A DNA stretch of 64,000 nucleotides, taken from the NCBI GenBank assembly GCA_964512445.1, contig CAZEGS010000001.1, positions 4,673 through 68,672 on the forward strand. Direction: 5' to 3'. Position 1 is the stretch's first letter. Every line of letters starts with the position of its first letter. The position numbers and the translations under genes are program-made. Shown here in pieces: positions 35,062 through 44,614 of the stretch. Under the pieces are notes generated by a model, which was not told where the DNA came from, searched no databases, and saw only the letters and a program-made list of their open reading frames with translations. This stretch comes from an uncultured Candidatus Bathyarchaeia archaeon. GTDB taxonomy: Archaea > Thermoproteota > Bathyarchaeia > Bathyarchaeales > DTEX01.

Positions 35062-36149
35062 TGAGCCTTAAAGACGCGGTATTCATCACGGATTGTGAGG
35101 GCCCAATATCAAAGAATGATAATGCATTTGAATTGGCAAGTCATTTCATACCGGATGGGGAGCATTTCTTCACGCTCATAAGCAGATACGACGATATACA
35201 GGCAGACATTATCAAGAGACCAGGATATAAGGCTGGCGACACTCTAAAGCTTATACTTCCATTTTTTAAGGCTTATGAAGTGACAAATGAGAAGATGAGA
35301 CGTTTCTCTTCTCAAAATATGCTTTTAGTTCCGGGAGCAAAGGAGACATTAAAATTCGTTATGAAAATCATGCCCTCCTTTATTGTAAGCACGAGCTATG
35401 AGCATTACATGATGGCTCTATGCAGCTTGACAGATTTCCCCAAAGAGAATGTTTACTGCACTAAAGTTGACCTGGACAAGTATGATCTCAGCGATTATGA
35501 GATTGAACGTCTGAAAGAAATAAGAAAGGAGATTTCGGAGATGCCCATGCTAGAAATTCCAGATGATGCGGCATCATTTGGTGATCTTCCCTACGAGACT
35601 CAACGTGCCGTAAAGAGGCTTGATGAGATATTCTGGGATGAAATATCGAAGATGAATGCTGGAAGGATGCTTCTGGAAGTCAATCCGGTAGGCGGTTCTG
35701 AAAAGGCTAAGGCTGTTAAAGAGATCGTTAATAAGACTTGTTCGAAAATGTCAAGCGTTATTTACTTTGGTGATAGCATAACGGATGTTGAGCCGTTCAG
35801 ATTAATTCGAGAAGGCGGAGGGCTGACAGTTTCCTTTAATGGAAATCGTTATGCGGTGAGAGAAGCTGAGATTGCAGTTATGTCGCGTAGCACTCTCATC
35901 ATTTCTATTCTTGCAGATCTTTTCAGAAAAATCGGTAAAGAGGGCGTAATTCGTCTAGCCGAGAACTGGTCGACCTCATCCTTGAAGGAGATATGTGAAC
36001 CATCATTAATCAGTCAATTGCAAGCTCTTCCCGATTATGAGATTCCAAGAGTGGAAATGATTACCTCTAAAAACCTAAATCGCTTAATCCGTGAAAGCAC
36101 CAACTTCAGGAAGACTGTTAGGGGAGAGGCCGTAGGCAGACTTGGCTAA
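35061..36149 (+). CDS. HAD-like superfamily protein, uncharacterised (possibly EhaR-like)
   Basis: Variant HAD motif I FITDCEGPIS and motif IV YFGDSITD. Its start overlaps the purD stop (ATGA). Confidence 0.55.
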   Translation: MSLKDAVFITDCEGPISKNDNAFELASHFIPDGEHFFTLISRYDDIQADIIKRPGYKAGDTLKLILPFFKAYEVTNEKMRRFSSQNMLLVPGAKETLKFVMKIMPSFIVSTSYEHYMMALCSLTDFPKENVYCTKVDLDKYDLSDYEIERLKEIRKEISEMPMLEIPDDAASFGDLPYETQRAVKRLDEIFWDEISKMNAGRMLLEVNPVGGSEKAKAVKEIVNKTCSKMSSVIYFGDSITDVEPFRLIREGGGLTVSFNGNRYAVREAEIAVMSRSTLIISILADLFRKIGKEGVIRLAENWSTSSLKEICEPSLISQLQALPDYEIPRVEMITSKNLNRLIRESTNFRKTVRGEAVGRLG

Positions 36150-36274
36150 TTTACAACTTTTATATTTTTTTCTCCGAAACGTTACGAATATGCTTTAGTT
36201 CCAAAAACGCTTATTTGCCACTTATTGATCATTAAAATCTAAAATTGAATTAATTATTTGATAGGTGTCTGGAG

Positions 36275-36607
36275 ATGGAGAAGCTTAACATTTTCGAGGT
36301 TGGAGAAACAAAAGAGGGAGTTTCAACTACTCCTGCTGGATTTTCAATTCGAGTAAACAAATTTACAGAGAAAGGCAATGTGGTATTTCTTTATTATCCC
36401 CCTGGAACCAAAAATGAACTTCACTCTCATGATGATATTGAGACGGTCTATTATATTGTTCAAGGAGAGGGAAAAGTCACTATTGGAGACGAGACGGAGC
36501 ATGTTAAAAAGGGAGACGTTCTGTTTACACCTTTAAAAACAAAGCATCAAGTAGTAAACACCGGAAAAGAGACCTTAATAATTCTAGAGGTAACATTTAA
36601 GCATTAA
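36275..36607 (+). CDS. cupin domain protein
   Basis: 110 aa. The HSHDDIETVYYIVQGEG ... GDVLFTPLKTKHQVVN two-motif cupin signature is present. Confidence 0.8.
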   Translation: MEKLNIFEVGETKEGVSTTPAGFSIRVNKFTEKGNVVFLYYPPGTKNELHSHDDIETVYYIVQGEGKVTIGDETEHVKKGDVLFTPLKTKHQVVNTGKETLIILEVTFKH

Positions 36608-36617
36608 TCTGACTTAT

Positions 36618-36896
36618 CTAGCCGCCTATGACGGGCGGTAGAAGAACCACAGTGTCCCCATCTTTTAGTGGGGTTTGTAGCTTCTTCAAGGCGTGAATAT
36701 TACGACCATTCAAAAGGATCGTGAGTTCCGGTTCATCTCTTTCATAACGTGTTAACGCACTCTCATCTAAGATCCGAATTTTTTCTTTAAGCTTGGCGAG
36801 TAAATCCCTCACTTTAGCGTTCGGTTTTAGATCAACCTCAAGTTCGCTTCCTAAGAGATGCATTAATCTGCCGAACGCTCTAACCTTCACTCTCAT
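36618..36896 (-). CDS. MoaD/ThiS-family ubiquitin-like beta-grasp protein ending in Gly-Gly
   Basis: 92 aa. ...LLNGRNI...LKDGDTVVLLPPVIGG-stop. It is the last gene of the ferredoxin-AOR cluster. Confidence 0.8.
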   Translation of the reverse strand: MRVKVRAFGRLMHLLGSELEVDLKPNAKVRDLLAKLKEKIRILDESALTRYERDEPELTILLNGRNIHALKKLQTPLKDGDTVVLLPPVIGG

Positions 36897-36973
36897 ACAT
36901 CTTCCCTCAATTACAAAATAATGAATTCATGAAATTATTAAAATGGTAAACCCCCAAAAAAGAGGGTGGAAAA

Positions 36974-38824
36974 TTATTTTCTTAGTTTTTCCAGAACTTT
37001 GTCGACATCTTCAAGTCCAAGTTTTCTAAGAACCTCAGATTTGGGAATGCCGTTTTCGTCCCAGCCTATAGCTTCATAGTACTGTTTCTTCATTTCCTCG
37101 ACGACTTTTCTGTCAGTCGTCTTCCCTTTATATGGACCCGACGGTAAAGGCTCATAGAATCTAGGCGGGTTATCGTCGTGGATCTTGGGATCCCACACTA
37201 TGTCAGGCCCGCCGAGAAGTAGAGCTGCTCTTTGAATATGAATTATTCTGTGACCCAACGTTTTGTTCCAGTCTTCTTCCGTGATATCCCATCCCGTAAC
37301 TGCTCTGTAGTAATCCCATATGAGCTCTCTGTCAGCAACGATGCTGCATACAACTGCTGAATCTGCGAAAACCATCCACATGTCGTTGTAAGCATCGTAA
37401 ACACCTGAAGTGTGATCTCCACATTGTGGCGAGCAGGCATATCCGATCGGTCTGTAGTCCAATCCGCTTCTTGTGCCATGAGCACCTACCTCGACGCCTT
37501 TAACATGAACCGCATACTTAGTTACGTCAACTCCTTTCATCTTGGAGATTTTTAATGCTGCTCTATAGGTTCCCTCAGCTAATATGTCACCGATTCCTTC
37601 CCGCTTAACAATCATCCTTGCGAGTTTTTCAAAGGCTTCCACGTCACCCCACTTTAGCTCGAATCCTAGATCCTCCTTGGTTAGTATGCCTCTCTGATAA
37701 AGCTCGGCGGCAAAGGCAAGCGTGTTTCCGCCGTTGATCCCTGAAAAACCTAGATAGTCCATGAGGGCTGACAAGTATATGCATTCGCCGGGATCAAAGA
37801 CTCCTAAGTTTGGTCCAAGATAAGCCTCCATCTCATAATCAGGATTATCTGTGAATGTTCCTTTATATGGGCCCGTCTTAATAACTGCGAGTTTCATGCA
37901 GCTTCCAGCACAGTTAAAATCGCTCCAATATCTCTTCACCCAATATTTGAAGTCAAATTTCGGTCCGCCGAATCTTCTCTCATCATGCCATTCATCTTGC
38001 CAGTTTCTAACAGGCTCTGAGCTGCTGCCTGCACCTACCGAGTAGCCGCCATATCCAGTTCCCCACATGCTTGGAAACGTTCTGTCCCTACGACAGTATC
38101 TTCTGTCGACTTCCCGCCAAAGCATCTTTACGGTTGATGGATTTGCTACATCTGGAAGGGGCTTTCGTCCTTTAGCAACTATAGCCTTTAGGTTCTTGGA
38201 GCCCATCACCGCTCCATAGCCGCCGTATCCCGCAGCATGGCTGATCTTCTGTAGCACAGCGGCTGTTCGTACTCGGCTTTCACCTGCTGGTCCACAGTAT
38301 ATGATTCCTGGCTGTTTGATTTTACCTGCATTTGGCGATTTCTCCTCCAGATAATTCCTGACTTCTTTAGTGAGGATTCTAACGGTATCTATTGCTTCCT
38401 TACCCCAAATGTGCTTTGCATCTCTGATCTCTGCATGGTCATCAGTAATTAGGATATAAACTGGCTTCTCGGCTTTTCCGGAAACTATAACTCCATCATA
38501 TCCAGCGCACTTAAGCTCGACTGGAAATTCTCCGCTTAGAGTTGACCCTATTATTCCATTGCATTGAGGCGACTTACCGGAGATGCAGATACGTGTCCCC
38601 GGATAAATAGCCGTCAACGGACCCGTTAAGGCTAAGAAAAGATTCTCAGGGCCCAGAGGATCAATAGATTCCCATCTTTCTCCAAATCTATCCCATAATA
38701 TTTTAGCTGCTAAACCTCTGCCTCCGACGAAGTTCCTTAATATTTCCTCGTCGAAGGTGAGATCCTTGATCTCTTCTGACGAGAGATCTACTTCAAGAAA
38801 TTTTCCCGCATACCCACGCGGCAT
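36974..38824 (-). CDS. aor: aldehyde:ferredoxin oxidoreductase family tungstoenzyme
   Basis: 616 aa. N-terminal GYAGKFLEVDLS...GGRGLAAKILWD, and the [4Fe-4S]/pterin-binding regions of the AOR family. The ATG is preceded by GAGGAGGTGAT. Confidence 0.92.
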   Translation of the reverse strand: MPRGYAGKFLEVDLSSEEIKDLTFDEEILRNFVGGRGLAAKILWDRFGERWESIDPLGPENLFLALTGPLTAIYPGTRICISGKSPQCNGIIGSTLSGEFPVELKCAGYDGVIVSGKAEKPVYILITDDHAEIRDAKHIWGKEAIDTVRILTKEVRNYLEEKSPNAGKIKQPGIIYCGPAGESRVRTAAVLQKISHAAGYGGYGAVMGSKNLKAIVAKGRKPLPDVANPSTVKMLWREVDRRYCRRDRTFPSMWGTGYGGYSVGAGSSSEPVRNWQDEWHDERRFGGPKFDFKYWVKRYWSDFNCAGSCMKLAVIKTGPYKGTFTDNPDYEMEAYLGPNLGVFDPGECIYLSALMDYLGFSGINGGNTLAFAAELYQRGILTKEDLGFELKWGDVEAFEKLARMIVKREGIGDILAEGTYRAALKISKMKGVDVTKYAVHVKGVEVGAHGTRSGLDYRPIGYACSPQCGDHTSGVYDAYNDMWMVFADSAVVCSIVADRELIWDYYRAVTGWDITEEDWNKTLGHRIIHIQRAALLLGGPDIVWDPKIHDDNPPRFYEPLPSGPYKGKTTDRKVVEEMKKQYYEAIGWDENGIPKSEVLRKLGLEDVDKVLEKLRK

Positions 38825-39366
38825 TATATCACCTCCTCAGCTTTTTCTCCAAGCAGATTTACAGCTACATCTTTAGTGAACTCTTCAGGGGTCTGAGCGA
38901 AAAGTCTACGGTTCACATCTCTCTTTGCCGCCTCTTTATTCTGTCTGATCAGCACCAGCGCATCGAATCTTGCTTCTTGACAAACCTTTACGCATTCAGG
39001 GTCTCCGCCGCATAGGTCGCAGATAACAGCCTTATTGTCCTCTGGATGGAGGAACGGAATGTTCCCTGGGCAAGCTTTTATACATTCTCCGCAGCCCGTG
39101 CATTTTTCTTTGTCGACTAAAACCGCTAAGGTATCATCGTCTACTGAGAGAGCTTCAACGGGGCATGCTGGGACACATGGGTAATCGTTGCATTGAGCGC
39201 ATAGGTGTGGAATCTCCACGCCTGGAACAAGCATGAAGACCCTGATCCGAGAGGCCTCAGGCCAAATCCTCCCCTCATGATGCAAGGAACAGACAATCTC
39301 GCATCTTCTGCATCCACTGCATTTTAGGAAATCTCTCGCTATCCAAACAACCTCATTCTTCTTCAT
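38824..39366 (-). CDS. 4Fe-4S multi-cluster ferredoxin (AOR-associated)
   Basis: Several CxxCxxCxxxC(P) motifs (CSGCRRCEIVC, CAQCNDYPCVPACP, CTGCGECIKACP, CDLCGG...C). Translationally overlapped with aor. Confidence 0.88.
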   Translation of the reverse strand: MKKNEVVWIARDFLKCSGCRRCEIVCSLHHEGRIWPEASRIRVFMLVPGVEIPHLCAQCNDYPCVPACPVEALSVDDDTLAVLVDKEKCTGCGECIKACPGNIPFLHPEDNKAVICDLCGGDPECVKVCQEARFDALVLIRQNKEAAKRDVNRRLFAQTPEEFTKDVAVNLLGEKAEEVI

Positions 39367-39489
39367 GGCGCATTCGTAGATATTGTATAGTTATTACTGT
39401 TTGATAAAAGATTAACCGAAAGATTTCTGATCTATTTGAAGATACATGGTAAAGCAGAATTTTAATGAAAGGTGGACACGTTAACTCTT

Positions 39490-42400
39490 TTAAGCTCCGC
39501 TAATTATTGTTTCTTTCTCTCTAGTCCAGTCCATAACGATCTTATGGACTAGATCTACAGTTCTTTCTATTACGCTTTCTGGCAGTCCTGGAACGGCAGG
39601 CTCCGAGATCAGCCTCACACGATAGTAATCCTCATCAGGACTCTTTATCAAAACTAATGAATTCTTCGTTCTTCGTTCCTGTCCAGAGACTGAGATGACA
39701 TATTCAAAATTGATTCTCCTTACCAATTCGCCCTTCACGTTTTCTATCTCGGGAGTCTCCTCTATTTTCTCAATTCTTTCAATGAAGCCTGACTTAAGAT
39801 CGCCTAGACGATCCAGACAGAAACTTATGAAGAATAGAATCTCATTAAACGCTACTTTAACTGGCATACTTAACTCTCTGGCTTGGTAAACTTTGAAGAT
39901 CTCTTCTTCACGAGCCTTTGTCTCTTCTTCGGAACGTTTAATTCTCTTGATTTTTGACGGCGTATATGTGCTAACTGCTAGTGCTGCTGGCCTAAGAGAG
40001 GAAAGGACCGAAGCCGTCAGAGCTAATGCAAATCCGATGGCGCTCCACCACCATTCAAGTTTCTCCCTAACCATAAGATTCTGACCTAACAGATTCATTA
40101 TTCTATAGAATCCTAAACCGACTACATAGCCTAAACTGCCGCCAACCATGCCGAGAATTATCGCTTCTGCAACGAATATAAGCCCTATATGTGTCGGGTT
40201 AAGCCCTATCATAGAGAGCGTTCTAATCTCCCTTCTTCTTTCATAGATGCTATTCAGCATCACTGTTCCCACATTAAGGCCTACCATAACTAATGGGATT
40301 AAAAGCTCAAGTGCTCCTTTCATCTCAAGATAAGAGCCTATATGATAATAGATTATTCGTCTATTTTGGGAAATGAAAACGTCATAGTTGAAGATAAATA
40401 TTAAGTCTTGAACCATCGAGTTTATATCTACATTCTCTTTAGGCTGAAAGACAAGTTCAGAAAGCACTAGAATCTGAGGAGGACGTTCCGGAGATTGTGA
40501 ATTTACAAGTTCTTGAAGATTCGCAGCGTCATTTAGAGTCATCACGACGACTTCTGTACTATTACATATTCTAACAGATCCGTCTTTAAGTATTCTAGCA
40601 GGACCAAAAGGAGTTCCATCCATATCTTTAAGGTTCATATACTTATTATCGTTGATAAGTCCCTTTACTGTGAAGCTTGTTGAGACGTGAGTGCCTAACA
40701 CCTCTAGTATCAGTTCATCTCCGATTTTAGCTTTAAGAGACCCTGCTACGCTTCGGCTTATTAAGATCTCTCCTTGACTTGATTCTTTGAGATATCCTCC
40801 TTCCACTAAATCTTTGAGATTAGTATAGTACGATTCATTTACCGGATCAATTCCTAAGATTCCATATATGAGCCATGCTCTTCCTTCCTTAGGATTTATA
40901 AGTCGGACGATTGGGGTGGAGCTTGGTAGATTCTTTAATCTAGGAGCAACTTTTTCTATTCCTATCCTTTTTGAGAGGGTCTCTATCAATTTTGAGATGG
41001 CTTCTTGACTGCTTGTCCCTAGTGGTGAGAAAAGAAGCGATGTTCTATTCATCATCCGTTTCACTATAACTCCGTCTGAAGGTGCATTTTTACCAACCTC
41101 CTCGGATACTATGCCGAAAACTGTTCCGAAGGATGTGAGAGAAGTGAATGCGAGGATTAAAATCGTTATCGATAGAATCGTGAAGAAACCCCGTATCTTT
41201 CTTCGTTTTATCTGCCGTTTACCCATGGAAAATATTATTGTAAAAGCGCTTCTCCATAGGACTTTTCCCTCAACTGATCTCTCTTTCCAAACTCGTGGAA
41301 TCCCGAAGACTAGCAGTGAGACTCCTCCAAATGATATAGCTGCAGAGCCCAAGAAGACCTTTATGTTTTCATCTATTATAATGTGCGCGCCGGGATGAGA
41401 GAAGTATAAGATAACAGAGTAAATTGTAAATATGGCTATACTGCATAAGATCTTTCTCTTTTCCTTCTCAAATAAAAAGAAAGCCAACGTTACACTGAAG
41501 GCAGCCATGACGGCGGGGAGATAAACAGCATTTGTCATGCCTATAAGCCTTTTATTCTCAAGCGCTGTTAAGATGAAATTTAATGTACCATAGGCTTCTC
41601 GAAGCTTTGTCCAGACATCGAGATAATCTTCCGGCTTCTTGACATTCGACAAGAGAACCTTAGACTCCATAATCTTTTTGTAGGTGCTCCTTAACAGCTG
41701 TCTTTCGTCAAACACAACGAAGCCTACATCCTGTGCTTTGTCGAGCTTATTTGAAACCTCAACGAATAGCTTAGACCTCAAAAATTCGATACCTGCATTT
41801 AGACTGTTTTGCGATAATGAGCATGAATAGATTCCTCCTTGAGGAAGCAAAAAAGGCGATGATCCATTATAGATTATAAATTTTTCATTATCAACTGGAT
41901 TTCTAACATCTCCGGTGAAGAACCAAACCGTGGTTTCGAGAATCACAGGTATATTTGCTGGTATGATCACTAAGTTTCTGCTTAAGCGTAGCCACCAAAC
42001 ATCCGAGGAATCTCCATAATCATCAATGTAAGAGGCGTTAATCTTCTCTTTTGGTATTACTTTAATTGTTGTACGAAGAGTTTCGGGGTTTGGTGATTGA
42101 ACAATATAAGGAGGATCTAAGATTTCGATTATCGCGCCGGGAATTAAAGAAAAAGAGATGTTCTTCTCTCTAAACTCGATATACACATTTTTTCTAAGCG
42201 CTGGTACATAGCTTATTTCCGCCGGCTTCTTCGTAAAATTTCCTTTATATGCAAACACATAATATGTATGTCTCTCCCTCACATAAGAGCCAGTTACATT
42301 GTATTCCCCATTTTCATCAGTGAAGTATATACCTGCTCCAAGCTTAGGAGGAGCCAACGTATTTAGGTCCCAGATGATAATGGTTGCATTAGGTAACGGG

Positions 42401-42561
42401 AGACCAGTATAGGCATCTATGATCCTCCCATAAATTGAAGGCGAGTCCTGAGCCGATGCAACATTACATGTCGCAATAATTGGAAATAATGAAAGAAGCA
42501 AGATGAATTGAATCAGAGCTGATAGGGACTTTTTCATCACAAGTCTGAGAAATAAATCCAT
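39490..42561 (-). CDS. giant FtsX/MacB-type permease-domain membrane protein with N-terminal CarboxypepD_reg-like domain and C-terminal soluble domain
   Basis: Signal/TM at the N-terminus. GRIIDAYTGLPLPNATIIIWD (carboxypeptidase regulatory-like beta-sandwich). MacB-like extracytoplasmic domain. FtsX core YERRREIRTLSMIGLNPTHIGLIFVAEAIILGMVGGSLGYVVG. About 190-aa tail with no Walker A. Confidence 0.75.
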   Translation of the reverse strand: MDLFLRLVMKKSLSALIQFILLLSLFPIIATCNVASAQDSPSIYGRIIDAYTGLPLPNATIIIWDLNTLAPPKLGAGIYFTDENGEYNVTGSYVRERHTYYVFAYKGNFTKKPAEISYVPALRKNVYIEFREKNISFSLIPGAIIEILDPPYIVQSPNPETLRTTIKVIPKEKINASYIDDYGDSSDVWWLRLSRNLVIIPANIPVILETTVWFFTGDVRNPVDNEKFIIYNGSSPFLLPQGGIYSCSLSQNSLNAGIEFLRSKLFVEVSNKLDKAQDVGFVVFDERQLLRSTYKKIMESKVLLSNVKKPEDYLDVWTKLREAYGTLNFILTALENKRLIGMTNAVYLPAVMAAFSVTLAFFLFEKEKRKILCSIAIFTIYSVILYFSHPGAHIIIDENIKVFLGSAAISFGGVSLLVFGIPRVWKERSVEGKVLWRSAFTIIFSMGKRQIKRRKIRGFFTILSITILILAFTSLTSFGTVFGIVSEEVGKNAPSDGVIVKRMMNRTSLLFSPLGTSSQEAISKLIETLSKRIGIEKVAPRLKNLPSSTPIVRLINPKEGRAWLIYGILGIDPVNESYYTNLKDLVEGGYLKESSQGEILISRSVAGSLKAKIGDELILEVLGTHVSTSFTVKGLINDNKYMNLKDMDGTPFGPARILKDGSVRICNSTEVVVMTLNDAANLQELVNSQSPERPPQILVLSELVFQPKENVDINSMVQDLIFIFNYDVFISQNRRIIYYHIGSYLEMKGALELLIPLVMVGLNVGTVMLNSIYERRREIRTLSMIGLNPTHIGLIFVAEAIILGMVGGSLGYVVGLGFYRIMNLLGQNLMVREKLEWWWSAIGFALALTASVLSSLRPAALAVSTYTPSKIKRIKRSEEETKAREEEIFKVYQARELSMPVKVAFNEILFFISFCLDRLGDLKSGFIERIEKIEETPEIENVKGELVRRINFEYVISVSGQERRTKNSLVLIKSPDEDYYRVRLISEPAVPGLPESVIERTVDLVHKIVMDWTREKETIISGA

Positions 42562-42713
42562 GAAGCCCTAATTAATTTTTTCCATATTTTCCCTTCTTTA
42601 ACACTCATCTCCTATACTACATATATGACGGGTAACTTTCCTAACATGGACCCTTTAGATTAAGTTGGCTGAAAAATCTTAATAATCAAAGAATCGATTC
42701 TATCTTAAAGGAG

Positions 42714-43394
42714 ATGAAAGACTTGAAAAAGATTCTCATGGTGACTCATTCAGCAGGCTTTAAACATGACTATCTTCCAACCGCAAGGCGTGTTGTCTCA
42801 TCCTTAGGTGAAAAATCTGGGCTCTTCGAGGTTGTTGCAACGGACGAATGTGATCTTTTAAATAGGGAAGATTTAAAACGTTTCGATGCTGTTCTTTTCG
42901 CTACGACAGGTGAGCTACCAATAACTGATGAGCAGAAACAAGACTTTATTGAGGCAATACGTTCTGGTAAAGCCTTCATTGGAGTTCACAACGCAACAGA
43001 TACTTTCTATAAATTTCCTGAATATGGAAGAATGATTGGCGGCTATTTTATGGCTCATCCTTGGAGCCAAGAGGTTCTAGTGAAAGTTGAGGATCCAACG
43101 CATCCCTCGACGAGACATCTGCCCAGATCATTCTGGGTGAAAGAAGAGGTCTACACATTTAAAAACTGGAGTCGGGAGCGAACTCATGTATTGATCAGCT
43201 TAGATAACAGCTCGGTAGATTTGAGTAAGGGAACGAGGGAAGATAATGATTATGCTCTATGTTGGTGCCATAATTATGGAAAAGCAAGAGTCTTCTACAC
43301 TGGATTCGGTCATTACGTAGAGCTATGGAGTGAAGAGTGGTTTCAAAAGCATCTGCTTAACGGCATCTTATGGGCTATGAGACTAATTGAATAA
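42714..43394 (+). CDS. ThuA-domain protein (trehalose-utilisation-like, class I glutamine amidotransferase-like fold)
   Basis: KILMVTHSAGFKHDYL, GVHNATDTF, FYTGFGH. Confidence 0.75.
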   Translation: MKDLKKILMVTHSAGFKHDYLPTARRVVSSLGEKSGLFEVVATDECDLLNREDLKRFDAVLFATTGELPITDEQKQDFIEAIRSGKAFIGVHNATDTFYKFPEYGRMIGGYFMAHPWSQEVLVKVEDPTHPSTRHLPRSFWVKEEVYTFKNWSRERTHVLISLDNSSVDLSKGTREDNDYALCWCHNYGKARVFYTGFGHYVELWSEEWFQKHLLNGILWAMRLIE

Positions 43395-43454
43395 ATCTTA
43401 CGGGTCTTTAAAATCGAAAATGAGTTTTGAGGGCGTAGAGCGCCATGAATCTAG

Positions 43455-44522
43455 CTAGGATGGCCTAAACAGCATGATATAAGCTGTGAGCCCGCCATTT
43501 GTTATCTGTCTGCTATCTAACAATTCATATCCCATCGTTTCACCTATCGATCTGAGTAATCCTCTGTGAATTGTAAGCAGGCAGATTTTTGATTTCCCAG
43601 TTAAAAAAGGTCTTAGTGATCTTAGAAATCCAGAGTAGATTCTTGGGATACTCTTTATTCTGCCGCTTCTTATACCGAAAGGAAGATTTGAAACAACTTT
43701 GTCGGCTTTCCATTCTGCTGGAAGAGACTTTTCCAGTCTTGTAGCATCTCCAACTATGAATTTGACTCTTGACTCTACTCCTGCCGCTTCAGAGTTTCTA
43801 CGGGCTCCATCGATGCTTTTGGAACTTATATCAAGACCTAGAACTTCGATGTTATCCCAGACCTGTGCTGCTTCGATAACTATTGTTCCGCCGCCGCAGA
43901 AAGCATCGAGAACTCTATCACCGGGTTGAACATCCGAGTATCTCAGCATGGCATACGCTATAACAGGATTTAATGCTGAGGGATGTTGAAAGGCTCTTGG
44001 ATAACGGATGCGGAGCGAGGTTCTTGTTAGCTGTATGCCTACAATGCAAAGGTTTTGAATAACATCGACTCTGACCACAGTATCCGGATTTTTAAGATCT
44101 ACCTTCGTCCCGTATTTGTCAACTATTGCCTGTCCAGCTATTCGTTGAACATCAATACTTGTATAGTCATGCTTTCCGATCCTTTCGCAGGTCACCCTGA
44201 AAGTTGAGCCAAGGGGAATCGCTACTTTGGATACCCCCCTATAGATCTCATCCAAGCCGCTCTTTGATTCTTTAACAGAGAAAGTTTTGATTATCTGTAT
44301 GATATGTTCTATACTTCGCATTTTGAAGAGTTTATGAACATCGCTGTTAGGGATTCTTAGATAAACCCTTCCGCCTACTCCTCCGAATCTAGGTTGAAAT
44401 TCCAGCAGATTCAGCTTTTCCATCCCTTCCTTTAAGACTATGTCTTCTATTCCCGGGATCGCTGTGACCATCATCTGAGACGATTCTTCTCCACGTTTTG
44501 AGAAGCTACTGTTCTTAAGCAC
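43455..44522 (-). CDS. THUMP-domain RNA (guanine-N2) methyltransferase (Trm14/TrmN-like)
   Basis: N-terminal THUMP region, SAM motif LDAFCGGGTIVIEAA and catalytic SNLPFG. Confidence 0.8.
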   Translation of the reverse strand: MLKNSSFSKRGEESSQMMVTAIPGIEDIVLKEGMEKLNLLEFQPRFGGVGGRVYLRIPNSDVHKLFKMRSIEHIIQIIKTFSVKESKSGLDEIYRGVSKVAIPLGSTFRVTCERIGKHDYTSIDVQRIAGQAIVDKYGTKVDLKNPDTVVRVDVIQNLCIVGIQLTRTSLRIRYPRAFQHPSALNPVIAYAMLRYSDVQPGDRVLDAFCGGGTIVIEAAQVWDNIEVLGLDISSKSIDGARRNSEAAGVESRVKFIVGDATRLEKSLPAEWKADKVVSNLPFGIRSGRIKSIPRIYSGFLRSLRPFLTGKSKICLLTIHRGLLRSIGETMGYELLDSRQITNGGLTAYIMLFRPS

Positions 44523-44614
44523 GGCTCCGCCTCCATCTTTTGATCTAGAACTCTGGGGCGTGACCGTGTAAATCTGTAATCCTTAACTTTCCAAGATTCT
44601 TATGTGTTATCTGT

